Part shown: positions 9,176-18,709 of the stretch, piece after piece
Numbering within the stretch: position 1 is the first letter of the stretch
Layout: each line of letters opens with the position of its first letter
Assembly (NCBI GenBank): GCA_013820875.1
Contig: JACDHS010000008.1
Span: 277-64,276 of the forward strand
Direction of reading: 5' to 3'
Length of the DNA: 64,000 nt
Source: Verrucomicrobiota bacterium
GTDB lineage: Bacteria > Verrucomicrobiota > Verrucomicrobiia > Limisphaerales > JACDHS01
Position numbers and translations under genes: made by a program
Notes under the pieces: model-generated
What the model was told of the DNA's origin: nothing
What the model saw: the letters and a program-made list of their open reading frames with translations, nothing else
The model's database searches: none

Positions 9176-11470
9176 ATGTCGCCCCAATATTTTCGTGTCG
9201 CAAAGGTTTTCGCAGTCTTTGCCTTTGTTTTAGTTCACGGTTTCGTTGCTGCTGGCGCTTTTGGTGATCCTCGTGGTTTCCTGGTGAATCAACAGGTCTC
9301 CGAAACGGTTGTCTATCCGGGAGTCAAATACATCCGGGCCGATGGTTCTCACCTGGGGCTGCCCATGGTCACTCATGTTGTGACGGTTGATATGACCGAT
9401 CCCGGTGTGAAGCTCCAGATGCTACCGGGAGAACGCCTGGTCACAGCCTCTTCCGGCCAGTTCTTTCGCCGTTCACGGGTTTCCCATATGCAACAGGACA
9501 ACAACGCGCTCGTGGCGATCAACAGCGCCTTTTTCGACATCAGCGCCACCATGGCCCCGAGCGGGTTGCATGTGCGGGATGGCATGATGTTGCGTCAACC
9601 GGCGACCGGGAATCCGAGCTTTGCCGTGACTGAGGACGGCCTGGCTTTCATTAATAGTTTTGGGTGGAGCCGGAACGTCCGCTATGGGACAGGCACCGCT
9701 GCGTTGCAGGGTGTCAATAACAACATAATCGGCGACAACAACATAGCCTTGTATCAGTATCCATGGGACCGAAGTCCTGCGACCAATGCCGCATTCATCA
9801 ACGGGCGTGCGGTGACAGAAGTCGTGATCGGGAAAGTAGCTTTTACAAAATCGTCGGGCGGAACTCAGCGGCACCTGCTTCGAGGCAAGGTGTTGGAAGT
9901 TCGTAACAACAAAGGTTCTGTCGGGTTGAACGCCACCAATTATGTCCTGACTGCCACCGGGACATCTCGAAGTTTTTTGCAGCAGATGACCGTTGGTTCG
10001 ACGGTGGATGTGGATTGGCTACTGAGCAGTGTGCCGAGCGGCATCAATTGGAGTCGCATCAGCGAAGTGGTTTCCGGCAACAATCTTTTGATCGTCAATG
10101 GCGTTCTCCAGAACGGCAGCGGCAGTCATTGGGAATCGCGTCATCCGCGGAGTGTGGTCGGTATCAACGAGAGCCAAACCAAGGTGCTCTTTTTGTTGGT
10201 GGAAGGGCGTCAGAGTGGGCGGGCTGAAGGAATGAGCCTCGATAGTGTGCGCAATTATGTATCGCACATGGGTGTTTACAACTGTTTGGAACTCGATGGC
10301 GGTGGATCGTCTGCGATGGCTGGGCGTATCAATGGCAATAATGTGCTTCTCAGTACCCCGTCGGATGGTTCAGAGCGCTACGTCCCCTCGGGTCTCGGTG
10401 TGGTGGCTGTTCCCGAAATGGCCAATCCGTTTTTCCAAAACGTGCGTGTGAGCACTGGGCATGACATGGCGGCGATCAGTTGGGAAACGCCTGAGCCGGC
10501 AATCTCCTACTTGCTGTACGGCAAGGAGGGATATGACATCGAATCCATTCGGAACCAAGTGCCATCCAAAAGGCACACGATTTTTCTCTCCGGTCTGGAA
10601 TCTCATACGCTCTATTTCGCGCGAATGGCAGCGGAAACCGGTGCAGGAACACAAACGTCTCAGAGCCAGCAGTTCACCACCAGTTTCGAAGTGGTGGTGG
10701 ATGATGCCCAGGCCGCTTTCGACGGAACATGGAGCACTGGCGCATTTGAAGTTCCCTACGGCCCAAGCTACCGCTGGAGCAATGTGGACATCGCGAGCAG
10801 TCCAACGCGGACGGCGACGTTTCGCCCGAATCTTCCAGCCAGCGGTCACTACGATTTGTACGTGTGGTTTACGCCGGGAGGCAATCGCACGACCGAGGCG
10901 CGCTACGACATCAAAAACCAGGCAGGAACGCAGGTGTTGACGCAATCCCAGCGAACGGGTGGAAATAATTGGACACTGTTGGCCAGCAACATGGCCTTTG
11001 ATTCAGGAACAAACGGCTTCGCCAAAGTGCGCAATGACTCGACGGTGGGAACTGTCGTGATTGCGGACGCTTTCCGATGGGTGTTGAACAGCCCCGCGCC
11101 CATGCCACATGGAGAGGTGCCAACATGGTGGCGTGAACATTTCTTTGGGGTAAATGCTCCAGACGCTTCCACTGATGTGGATGAAGACGGTTATTCGATT
11201 TACGAGGAATACATTTGGGGAACGGTTCCCGATGACTCGACCTCTTCGCCGAGGACTATTTTCGAACAGACGCAAGGGGGTGGCTTCCAACTCACTTTCT
11301 CGCCAGTTCGCGCGGATCGAGTTTACCGAATCGAAGCCAGCACGGACCTGGATAGTTGGACAACATTCAATGTGCCTCTACAGGAAGTGAACGGACAGGG
11401 CATTGTTAATCTGCCGGTTGAATCCGGGTTGGGGCAACGGTATTATCGCCTCCGGGTCGCACTTCCGTAA
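9176..11470 (+). CDS. Secreted phosphodiester glycosidase (NAGPA-like) with Fn3-like and golvesin-like domains
   Basis: Signal peptide; VAINSAFFD, HPRSVVG, VEGRQ, LELDGGGSS motifs; later VVDDAQAAFDGTWSTG...YDLYVWFTPGGNR golvesin-like module. Confidence 0.85.
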   Translation: MSPQYFRVAKVFAVFAFVLVHGFVAAGAFGDPRGFLVNQQVSETVVYPGVKYIRADGSHLGLPMVTHVVTVDMTDPGVKLQMLPGERLVTASSGQFFRRSRVSHMQQDNNALVAINSAFFDISATMAPSGLHVRDGMMLRQPATGNPSFAVTEDGLAFINSFGWSRNVRYGTGTAALQGVNNNIIGDNNIALYQYPWDRSPATNAAFINGRAVTEVVIGKVAFTKSSGGTQRHLLRGKVLEVRNNKGSVGLNATNYVLTATGTSRSFLQQMTVGSTVDVDWLLSSVPSGINWSRISEVVSGNNLLIVNGVLQNGSGSHWESRHPRSVVGINESQTKVLFLLVEGRQSGRAEGMSLDSVRNYVSHMGVYNCLELDGGGSSAMAGRINGNNVLLSTPSDGSERYVPSGLGVVAVPEMANPFFQNVRVSTGHDMAAISWETPEPAISYLLYGKEGYDIESIRNQVPSKRHTIFLSGLESHTLYFARMAAETGAGTQTSQSQQFTTSFEVVVDDAQAAFDGTWSTGAFEVPYGPSYRWSNVDIASSPTRTATFRPNLPASGHYDLYVWFTPGGNRTTEARYDIKNQAGTQVLTQSQRTGGNNWTLLASNMAFDSGTNGFAKVRNDSTVGTVVIADAFRWVLNSPAPMPHGEVPTWWREHFFGVNAPDASTDVDEDGYSIYEEYIWGTVPDDSTSSPRTIFEQTQGGGFQLTFSPVRADRVYRIEASTDLDSWTTFNVPLQEVNGQGIVNLPVESGLGQRYYRLRVALP

Positions 11471-11589
11471 GAGCCTGTCTGAAAATGGGTGGAACGGGCT
11501 CCAAGGCAATAAAGGCCCAGACCTCGACAAGAACAGGCGAGGCAAAATATACCTTTTCTATAGGGTCAACCGTATTGAGTGAGTCGCTT

Positions 11590-13038
11590 ATGAGCCAATT
11601 CCGACCGAGTGTCAGTTATAGTTTCACCGTGCGCCTTTGCATCGAAAACAGGCCCGGCCGACTGGCCGAGGTGTTGAAAGTAATTGCTGCAAAACGAGGT
11701 GATCCCGGCGCAGTGGACGTCGTCCAGGCCGACCGCAATCTCAAAGTGCGCGATCTCACCGTGAGTGCCCGTGACGAGAAACACGCGCAGGCCATCGTCC
11801 AGGCCATCAAGAAAGTTAAAGGGGTCACCATTCGGAACGTCTCTGACCGCGTCTTTCTTCTGCACCTCGGAGGGAAAATCCGGATTCAAAATAAAATCCC
11901 GGTCAACACTCGCGACGCGCTTTCAATGGCCTACACACCTGGCGTCGCGCGCGTTTGCACCGCCATCGCCGAGGACAAACGCAAAGCACGCACCCTGACC
12001 ATCAAGCAGAACTCCGTCGCCGTCGTCAGTGATGGCTCCGCTGTTCTTGGCCTGGGCAACATCGGTCCCGAAGCCGCCATGCCGGTCATGGAAGGCAAAG
12101 CGATGCTGTTTAAGGAATTCGCCGATATCGACGCTTATCCCATCTGTCTGAGCACGCAGAACACCGAAGAAATTATCTCCGCAGTCAAATGGATGTCACC
12201 CGGTTTCGGCGCAGTCAACCTCGAGGACATCAGTGCGCCACGCTGTTTTGAAATCGAACAGCGTCTCAAAGACGAACTCGATATTCCTGTTTTTCACGAC
12301 GACCAACACGGCACAGCCGTAGTCGTGCTCGCAGCCACACTCAATGCGTTGAAACTCGTGGGCAAGAAACCGAGCCAGATTCGAGTGCTGATCATTGGCG
12401 CAGGTGCGGCAGGAGTTGCCATCGCCCGAATCCTCAAATCCGCGTGCGTGCGCGACATCCTTTGCTGCGACCGCGAGGGAATCATCAGCCGTAAACGTTT
12501 GCCGGATTTGAATACGAGTAAAGCCTGGCTCGCCCGGAACACAAATGGACGCAATTGCAGCGGCTCCATCGAGGACGCCGCGTCTGGTGCGCACATTGTA
12601 ATCGGTGTTAGCGGCCCGGGACTTTTTTCATTGCAGGCACTCAAGAAAATGGCCAAAGACCCGATTGTTTTTGCTCTCTCGAATCCCACTCCCGAGATCA
12701 TGCCCGAAGAGGCTGCGTCCCACGCGCGAATCATCGCCACTGGACGCAGCGATTATCCGAACCAGATCAACAACGTGCTGGCGTTTCCCGGCATTTTCCG
12801 AGGAGCGCTGGACTCAAGGGCTGTTGACATCAACGAAGAAATGAAACTTGCCGCGGCTTACGCGATTGCGGGTTGCATTGCCGAGGATGAACTCAGCGAG
12901 GAATACATCATCCCGAGCGTGTTCAACAAACAAGTGGTTCGCCGCGTGGCCCGTGCTGTTGAAGCCGCCGCCCATAAAAGTGGCGCCGTTAAGAATTCGC
13001 GGCGCGGTTCTGGCGGGAAACATTCCGTCTGCCCGTAA
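11590..13038 (+). CDS. NAD(P)-dependent malic enzyme with N-terminal ACT domain
   Basis: ACT-like N-terminus; [52 protein letters not shown] motifs. Confidence 0.93.
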   Translation: MSQFRPSVSYSFTVRLCIENRPGRLAEVLKVIAAKRGDPGAVDVVQADRNLKVRDLTVSARDEKHAQAIVQAIKKVKGVTIRNVSDRVFLLHLGGKIRIQNKIPVNTRDALSMAYTPGVARVCTAIAEDKRKARTLTIKQNSVAVVSDGSAVLGLGNIGPEAAMPVMEGKAMLFKEFADIDAYPICLSTQNTEEIISAVKWMSPGFGAVNLEDISAPRCFEIEQRLKDELDIPVFHDDQHGTAVVVLAATLNALKLVGKKPSQIRVLIIGAGAAGVAIARILKSACVRDILCCDREGIISRKRLPDLNTSKAWLARNTNGRNCSGSIEDAASGAHIVIGVSGPGLFSLQALKKMAKDPIVFALSNPTPEIMPEEAASHARIIATGRSDYPNQINNVLAFPGIFRGALDSRAVDINEEMKLAAAYAIAGCIAEDELSEEYIIPSVFNKQVVRRVARAVEAAAHKSGAVKNSRRGSGGKHSVCP

Positions 13039-13076
13039 CTGCAACTGGAGCGGTTTGTCCCGGTGACGGGAGACTT

Positions 13077-13117
13077 AATCATGTGGCAGAACATCGCGTC
13101 GCGCAGTTTCGGTTCAA
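13077..13117 (-). repeat. Displaced copy of the DUF1015 3' end (att-like)
   Basis: AATCATGTGGCAGAACATCGCGTCGCGCAGTTTCGGTTCAA encodes EPKLRDAMFCHMI on the minus strand, identical in protein to the end of 24014-25228. Confidence 0.9.
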
Positions 13118-13126
13118 TAAAGAGGT

Positions 13127-13243
13127 CGGGGAGACCGGCGGGAGCCGATCTTCAAGGATGACGCGGATCATCGTTGTTTTCTCAAGACGCTGGGAGAAGC
13201 GTGCCTGCAAACGGATTGACAGGTGCATGCCTTCTGCCTGATG
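13127..13243 (+). pseudogene. Relic of a REP-associated tyrosine transposase (RAYT, Y1/HUH family)
   Basis: Reads RGDRREPIFKDDADHRCFLKTLGEACLQTD*QVHAFCLM, matching the RG..R..IF.DD.D...FL..L.....W..HAYCLM.NH.H N-terminus; TGA at the conserved Trp position; breaks off before the HUH motif. Confidence 0.8.
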
Positions 13244-13310
13244 CACAAGGGGGTTTTAAAAACTCAAAACTGCCCATTGCAAACATTGAACCAGACAATA
13301 CACCGACTCC

Positions 13311-13418
13311 ATGACCGCCATCGCCGTCGAATTGGATCAAAAACTTCAAAGCCTGGATCCGGAAACGGCTGCGTCCGTCGAGCGGTTGGTGCGCGACGCA
13401 TTGCAACTGGCGGAAAAG
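13311..13418 (+). pseudogene. 5' half of a small antitoxin-like gene interrupted by an insertion
   Basis: MTAIAVELDQKLQSLDPETAASVERLVRDALQLAEK; its last 40 bp (13379-13418) recur exactly at 17020-17059. Confidence 0.55.
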
Positions 13419-13530
13419 GTTACACGCCAGGCAACCGTTGAAAGTTTGCTCGCTCCTTACGTTTCACTTCCATTCGATGACGCCGCCGCGCCCCAAATCA
13501 CTCATTCGATCGCACAACACACCTGGACGG

Positions 13531-15657
13531 CTATTGCGCCCATTTCACAGCGTCCGCTATGACGACGAAGCCTGTTGTGGTCCAGCAGCTCAGTTTTACC
13601 GTGTTGGTTCCAGCGTTCAGAGTGAATGTGCCCAGCAATCGCCATCCACCGCCGTTCGCTTGCTGGTTCTTGTTCACCGTCGTCGATCCTGTCGAGTGGT
13701 ACACAATATAGGGAGCGGTCGTGGAACGGTTGATGCCTTGCGACCACCATGCGCGAACGTTGTAGGAACCAGTGTTGGCAAGAGCAGCGGCCCATGTCGC
13801 CGGATCGCTCACCGCAGCCGTGTTGCGAAACCGGTAGTTCGTACCGTATTTGTCGGTAGCGCTCGTTCCCGTGCTCCAACTCGTCGCAACGGAAAATCCG
13901 GAATCCACGTTGTCCACAGTGGCGCTGACTTTAACCACGAGCGTAGCACTGGCGCTGGTCACACTGCCAGCGACGTTTGCGACCACGACGGAATAGTTGC
14001 CCTGATGCGATGGCTGCGCGTTGCTCCTCGTGTAACTGCTCCCCGTGGCGCCAGAAATATTCGCCCCGTTGAATCGCCATTGATACGTCAACGGCGCAGT
14101 GCCGGTAGCCACAACGCTGAACGTGGCCGATGAACCTTGCGCCACGGTTTGGGTGACAGGCTGGGTCGTGATGGACGGCGGCACATTCACAGTCAAAGCC
14201 GCATTGGCACTCGTCGCACTGCCGGCGACGTTGCTGACTACAACGGAGTAATTTCCCGCGTCGCCGCTTTGCACATTGCTTATTGTAAAGCTGGCGGCCG
14301 TTGCGCCAGAAAGGTTCGCGCCATTGAATCTCCATTGATAATTCAGCGGAGCCGTGCCGCTGGCCGAGACCGTGAAGGTCACACTCGAACCGGCAATTAC
14401 GGTTTGGCTGGATGGCTGCGTCGTGATCGATGGCGGCACATTCACAGTCAAAGCTGCATTGGCACTCGTTGCACTGCCTGCGGCATTGCTAACAACAACG
14501 GAGTAATTCCCGGCGTCGCCGCTTTGCACATTGCTTTTCATCAAGCTGGCGGCCGTTGCGCCGGAAATGTTCGCGCCATTGAATCTCCATTGATAAGTCA
14601 GTGGAGCCGTGCCGCTGGCCGTGACAGTGAAAGTGACATTCGCGCCGGCATTTACGGTTTGGCTGACAGGCTGCGTCGTAATGGACGGCGGCACATTGAC
14701 AGGCCAAAGGGGATCTTCGCTTTCTTCCCAGTTCGAGGAGCCATCAGTCCTGAGCCAGCAATAGCCGTCGCCATGACCGGTCGACCAATAACGAATGTTT
14801 CTATCCTGCAGGCGCTGGCGGATGGTGGCATCAATCACCTTATCGCCGTCGGTGATCAACGCTTTGGTGACGCCCGCCGCATCGAGGTAGGCTTCCCGGG
14901 TTGAGATGACACCCCCGGGGGCGCTGACACCGTGATGTCCGACTTTGAGCACCTGGCAATTGTTGATTTCGCCAGCATAGGGCCCCGCCAGGATCTCCAT
15001 TTCATTAAAACCCCAGGCATCGGCCTGCAACAAAATCGCTTTGCTGCCATACTGTATCTTGAGGACCAAAGAGGCTTCATTCGGACCACTCCAATCGTCG
15101 CTGCCACCGTTGACTTTGTAATTCTCCGGACTGAGGACGCGCACTTTAAGCGGCTTGCCGTCATGGGTGGTGTTGATGATATAGTTCCCGGCTACAAGTT
15201 TAGTGACCGCCAGACCGCGGTTGTTAGCCGCGTTCACCATGTTGTGGTAGTGAGTGCTGGTGGCATTGACAGCCCCTTTAGGATAATAAATTTGGGTGTT
15301 ATTGATATTGAATCCGCTGTTGAGGAAATTATTAATCCCGCCAATGTGATCCACATGCTCATGCGTGCCCACCAGGTATTTGATGCCGCCGCCAAACCCC
15401 AGTTCGTTCAATTTGTTTATCAGGGTGGTGTTATAGCCGTCGGGGATATCGACAACCATTTTGCTGTTGTCCGGAAGCTCGATCAGGAAACAATCACCCC
15501 TCCCAGTCCCGGCGGCGATCATGTGTATTTTCAGGAAGCCTGTGGCGGCGTGAACAGATGTAGTGGCGGCCAGCAAGCATGCAGTCAGAACTAGATAGTT
15601 GATGCACCTCTTCGAGGATGCCGCCATAACCGATAGAAGACTGAGTGCTTTTTTCAT
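13531..15657 (-). CDS. Secreted ComEC/Rec2-like metallo-beta-lactamase-fold hydrolase with three Ig-like repeats and a golvesin-like C-terminal domain
   Basis: Signal peptide, GDCFLI, THEHVDHIGG, NEASLVLK, LKVGHHG; three VNVPPSITTQP...YQWRFNG...YSVVVSN repeats; VDNVDSGFSV...ADAVKW module. Confidence 0.88.
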   Translation of the reverse strand: MKKALSLLSVMAASSKRCINYLVLTACLLAATTSVHAATGFLKIHMIAAGTGRGDCFLIELPDNSKMVVDIPDGYNTTLINKLNELGFGGGIKYLVGTHEHVDHIGGINNFLNSGFNINNTQIYYPKGAVNATSTHYHNMVNAANNRGLAVTKLVAGNYIINTTHDGKPLKVRVLSPENYKVNGGSDDWSGPNEASLVLKIQYGSKAILLQADAWGFNEMEILAGPYAGEINNCQVLKVGHHGVSAPGGVISTREAYLDAAGVTKALITDGDKVIDATIRQRLQDRNIRYWSTGHGDGYCWLRTDGSSNWEESEDPLWPVNVPPSITTQPVSQTVNAGANVTFTVTASGTAPLTYQWRFNGANISGATAASLMKSNVQSGDAGNYSVVVSNAAGSATSANAALTVNVPPSITTQPSSQTVIAGSSVTFTVSASGTAPLNYQWRFNGANLSGATAASFTISNVQSGDAGNYSVVVSNVAGSATSANAALTVNVPPSITTQPVTQTVAQGSSATFSVVATGTAPLTYQWRFNGANISGATGSSYTRSNAQPSHQGNYSVVVANVAGSVTSASATLVVKVSATVDNVDSGFSVATSWSTGTSATDKYGTNYRFRNTAAVSDPATWAAALANTGSYNVRAWWSQGINRSTTAPYIVYHSTGSTTVNKNQQANGGGWRLLGTFTLNAGTNTVKLSCWTTTGFVVIADAVKWAQ

Positions 15658-15825
15658 ATATAGTGGGTTTGATGGCGGCGCAGTGCCGCAGTGTTTATTG
15701 ATAACAGGGAATTCACTGGTTTTTATAACGGAGGTATGCCCGCGGTCAATACCCTCAAATTAGGGTGCTACCCCTTTTCGTGGTAAAGTGTAATACTGCT
15801 GGGCAATTCTCCCTTGTTTGTCCCA

Positions 15826-16938
15826 ATGAAATTAAAAACGGCAGTTTCAACGGCAATAGCCGCTACCATTCTTTCGGCATCTGCGGCCACGCTCAGTGAA
15901 GGAGACCCGGCTCCGAAACTATATGTTTCCAAATGGGTTCAGGGCGAACCGGTAAAAGCGTTTCAACCAGGAACCGTTTACCTTGTGGAATTCTGGGCGA
16001 CCTGGTGGACCCCTTGCAAGGAGGCACTGGCACACGTGAACCGCCTGCACCAAAAGTACAAAGACAAGGGACTGGTGGTGATTGGTCAAAACGTTAAGGA
16101 GCCACACGGAACCAACATTGAACCGTTTATCAAACGCATGGGCGAGCTGATGAGCTATCGCGTTGCACTCGATGAAGGCGCAACCAATCGGTTGTCCGGC
16201 AAAATGCAGGAGAACTGGTTGTACGCGGCCGAAGCAGGTATTCCGACAGCGTTCATTATCGATAAGAAAGGCAACATCAGCTTTATCGGTCATCCCGAAG
16301 AAATCGATGAGCAACTCATCGAGCAAGTTCTGGCGGGCACTTTCGACCCGAAGAAGAGGGCTCTCGACCGGGAGGCCACGGCAGCCAAAGCCGAAGAGTG
16401 GGAGACGCACAACGAATTGGGCAGGGCAGCCTGGAAAGCCAAACAGTGGGACAAAGCAATGAGCGAGATTGACCAGATGGAGAAACTCTTTCCTCATAAA
16501 CGCGCCCTCACCCAGTGTCTCCGCATTACGGTTTTCATCCGCAAGGAGGACTTCGAAGCCGCCAGCAATCTGGCGCTCCAACTTAGCAATGACAACCGGG
16601 AGGATCCCTTTCTACAGCACCGCGTAGCCCAGACCATCGCGAATCAGGCGCGGTTAAAATACCGAATAGAAGGTTTCGAACGCGATTTGATTTTTGAGGG
16701 CGCCACCAACAACATCATTCTCAAAACGGCCGATCTGCTCATGGAACGCGCGATTAGCCTGATGAAAGGACCAGAGCCTGAATTCCTCCATACGCAAGCT
16801 CAGCTCGCGTTCCTGCAGGGCAAAAGAGAGAAAGCCATCCAACTGGCCACCGAGGCCGTGGGCCTGGCCGAGCCGGGGATCAAGGACCAGTTCGCCGAGG
16901 CGCTGGAGAATTTCAAGCAGGATAGACTGCCGCAATAG
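15826..16938 (+). CDS. TlpA/redoxin-family protein with helical C-terminal region; atypical WxxC site
   Basis: Signal peptide, GDPAPKL, VEFWATWWTPCK, GIPTAFIIDKKG; the first Cys of CxxC is Trp (TGG). Confidence 0.85.
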   Translation: MKLKTAVSTAIAATILSASAATLSEGDPAPKLYVSKWVQGEPVKAFQPGTVYLVEFWATWWTPCKEALAHVNRLHQKYKDKGLVVIGQNVKEPHGTNIEPFIKRMGELMSYRVALDEGATNRLSGKMQENWLYAAEAGIPTAFIIDKKGNISFIGHPEEIDEQLIEQVLAGTFDPKKRALDREATAAKAEEWETHNELGRAAWKAKQWDKAMSEIDQMEKLFPHKRALTQCLRITVFIRKEDFEAASNLALQLSNDNREDPFLQHRVAQTIANQARLKYRIEGFERDLIFEGATNNIILKTADLLMERAISLMKGPEPEFLHTQAQLAFLQGKREKAIQLATEAVGLAEPGIKDQFAEALENFKQDRLPQ

Positions 16939-17019
16939 GAATACCTGAAACGTGACGGAGAGCGTCGAGCCATCCGCACACGCCGCCGGCTGAATTCCTC
17001 GAAGCCGTTAGGGGTCACC

Positions 17020-17128
17020 CGAGCGGTTGGTGCGCGACGCATTGCAACTGGCGGAAAAGAAGGCAACAGCCGTTCAAAATCCTGCCGCGATTTCCGTCCA
17101 TCAGTCTCACATCGCGACAAACTTCTAA
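17020..17128 (+). pseudogene. 3' half of the small interrupted gene (see 13311)
   Basis: Starts with the duplicated 40 bp and reads ERLVRDALQLAEKKATAVQNPAAISVHQSHIATNF*. Confidence 0.5.
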
Positions 17129-17214
17129 ACGCCATTTGCGCACGCTTTGGAGACGCTTTCGTTCGTTTTACTGTTGTTGAACCGGAGGGAAATCCGGAAT
17201 TCCCGAAGAAGCAA

Positions 17215-17272
17215 AACCACGGATGGACACAGATAAAACCCTGCTCTTCTGAATCTGTGTCCATCTGTGGTT
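17215..17272. repeat. Palindromic REP-like element (CCACGGATGGACACAGAT type)
   Basis: AACCACGGATGGACACAGAT...ATCTGTGTCCATCTGTGGTT inverted pair. Confidence 0.75.
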
Positions 17273-17292
17273 TCTCAATTCCTAAAATTCTG

Positions 17293-17374
17293 CCCTTTGG
17301 GATTCGGGAACGACGACGGGCGCGCAAACGGACGGCGCTTTGACTTCACGAAAAGGTAAAGCGGGCTTTGAAAA
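17293..17374 (+). repeat. Cassette-boundary repeat R1 (~80 bp)
   Basis: CCCTTTGGGATTCGGGAACGACGACGGGCGCGCAAACGGACGGCGCTTTGACTTCACGAAAAGGTAAAGCGGGCTTTG. Confidence 0.95.
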
Positions 17375-17432
17375 TGGAGCTTCGTCAAATCTGCCGTTGA
17401 TTCATGGCGCAATGACGTTAAAATGACGTGTC

Positions 17433-17690
17433 ATGAAAACGCTTCCCAAGATGGAGATTAACGACGATCTCGAAGCCCAAATCGCTCAAGGGATGGAAAT
17501 CTCGGATTTGTGCAAAGCCGACGTCATTCGACAGGCGTTGAAGATTGGCCTGCCGCAGTTTGCCGCGCGTTTTCAGCCCGCTCCGCTTTGGTTGGAGGAA
17601 CGCATCCGCGAAGCTCTCGCGGAACCCGCCGAGCCTGTGACCCCGTCCCAATTTGACCGAACCATGAAAGCCATCGCCGATGGCCGCTAA
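17433..17690 (+). CDS. Putative antitoxin (RHH-like N-terminus)
   Basis: 85 aa, KADVIRQALKIGL helix pattern, overlaps the downstream toxin start; TTGATT-N17-TAAAAT-like promoter upstream. Confidence 0.7.
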   Translation: MKTLPKMEINDDLEAQIAQGMEISDLCKADVIRQALKIGLPQFAARFQPAPLWLEERIREALAEPAEPVTPSQFDRTMKAIADGR

Positions 17691-18011
17691 ACTGGTTGTC
17701 CATCCGCATTCTATCGCCGCGTGCGTCATTACCGCGACCGCATCGGTATTCAAGACGCCCGCTCCCAAACTGCGATCCGGTTTGTTCGCGCTGTGCGCGA
17801 TCTGGTGCCCCGACTGTTGGAAAATCCGGGGCGCGGCCATCCGGCGCGTTTTGAAGCACTGGATCTGGCTGACATCCTTCGGGTTTCCGTGCCGGGCTTT
17901 GCCGTGTTCGCCCTCTTCTATCGTTGGGACGGAGAAACTCTCACGGTGATCACTTTGGAGCACACCGCCCAGGATTTGCCATCTCGTCTCGCCGCCGTTC
18001 TTGAGAAATAG
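17680..18011 (+). pseudogene. RelE/ParE-family toxin with a 1-bp frameshift
   Basis: ATG 17680 frame gives MAAKLVVHPH; the body (VRHYRD...LLENPGRGHP...FALFYRWDGETLTVITLEHTAQDL) is offset by one base near 17708. Confidence 0.75.
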
Positions 18012-18032
18012 CACGAAAGAAAAGAACAGAAT

Positions 18033-18115
18033 CCCTTTTGGATTCGGGAACGACGACGCGCGCGCAAACGGTCGGCGCATTGACTTCACGAAAATGTAAT
18101 GCGGGCTTTGGAAAA
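18033..18115 (+). repeat. Cassette-boundary repeat R2
   Basis: CCCTTTTGGATTCGGGAACGACGACGCGCGCGCAAACGGTCGGCGCATTGACTTCACGAAAATGTAATGCGGGCTTTGGAAAA. Confidence 0.95.
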
Positions 18116-18137
18116 CGCACGATTGACTGGCGTTTTA

Positions 18138-18291
18138 TGGAGTGCGGTGGCAGAGCGCAGCGGCGACACCGCTTTGGGTTGGCGTGGACCGCCGGGGAAA
18201 TCTCTCCGCTGCAAAACATCTCACGCTCTTTCCCCCCGGCTCCGCCGTTTCCCAAAGCGCCGTCGCCGCTGCGCTCTGCCGGCGCACTCCA
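18138..18291. repeat. REP doublet (REPIN-like)
   Basis: TGGAGTGCGGTGGCAGAGCGCAGCGGCGACACCGCTTTGGG...CCCAAAGCGCCGTCGCCGCTGCGCTCTGCCGGCGCACTCCA; a related doublet lies at 38964-39089. Confidence 0.85.
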
Positions 18292-18305
18292 AATACGCAC
18301 CACCC

Positions 18306-18388
18306 CACTTTGGGGTTCGGGAACGACGACGGGCGCGCAAGCGGACGGCGCTTTGACTTCACGAAAAGGTAAAGCGGGCTTTGGAAAA
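18306..18388 (+). repeat. Cassette-boundary repeat R3
   Basis: CACTTTGGGGTTCGGGAACGACGACGGGCGCGCAAGCGGACGGCGCTTTGACTTCACGAAAAGGTAAAGCGGGCTTTGGAAAA. Confidence 0.95.
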
Positions 18389-18403
18389 CGCTTGTTTCGA
18401 TTC

Positions 18404-18709
18404 TTAATCTTTTCTTTTGCTCAGTTCCTTACGAATCCAATTTGGTTCTCTTCGCAAATCCAACACGGCCAGGACCTGCGTCTCCGTTGCAGTTTCCCGA
18501 TAGTAAATGCCGAATGGAAACCGGTCAGCCAGTCGCCTGAAGAAACCAAAATGGCGGGAGTGAATTCCGTGATAAAGCGCCAAACTTTCAATGTCAGCCA
18601 CCAATGAGTCAGCGCAGTAATCTCCGATGCCGGGCTCTTGAGCGTCGTAGAAGTCACGCGCCTGCTCGATATCTGCGGCGGCTTCGGCCAGAACCACGAC
18701 TCTTCTCAT
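18404..18709 (-). CDS. RelE/ParE-family toxin
   Basis: VVVLAEAAADIEQARDFY...FPFGIYY...VLAVLDLRREP pattern; ATGA overlap with the antitoxin. Confidence 0.88.
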   Translation of the reverse strand: MRRVVVLAEAAADIEQARDFYDAQEPGIGDYCADSLVADIESLALYHGIHSRHFGFFRRLADRFPFGIYYRETATETQVLAVLDLRREPNWIRKELSKRKD

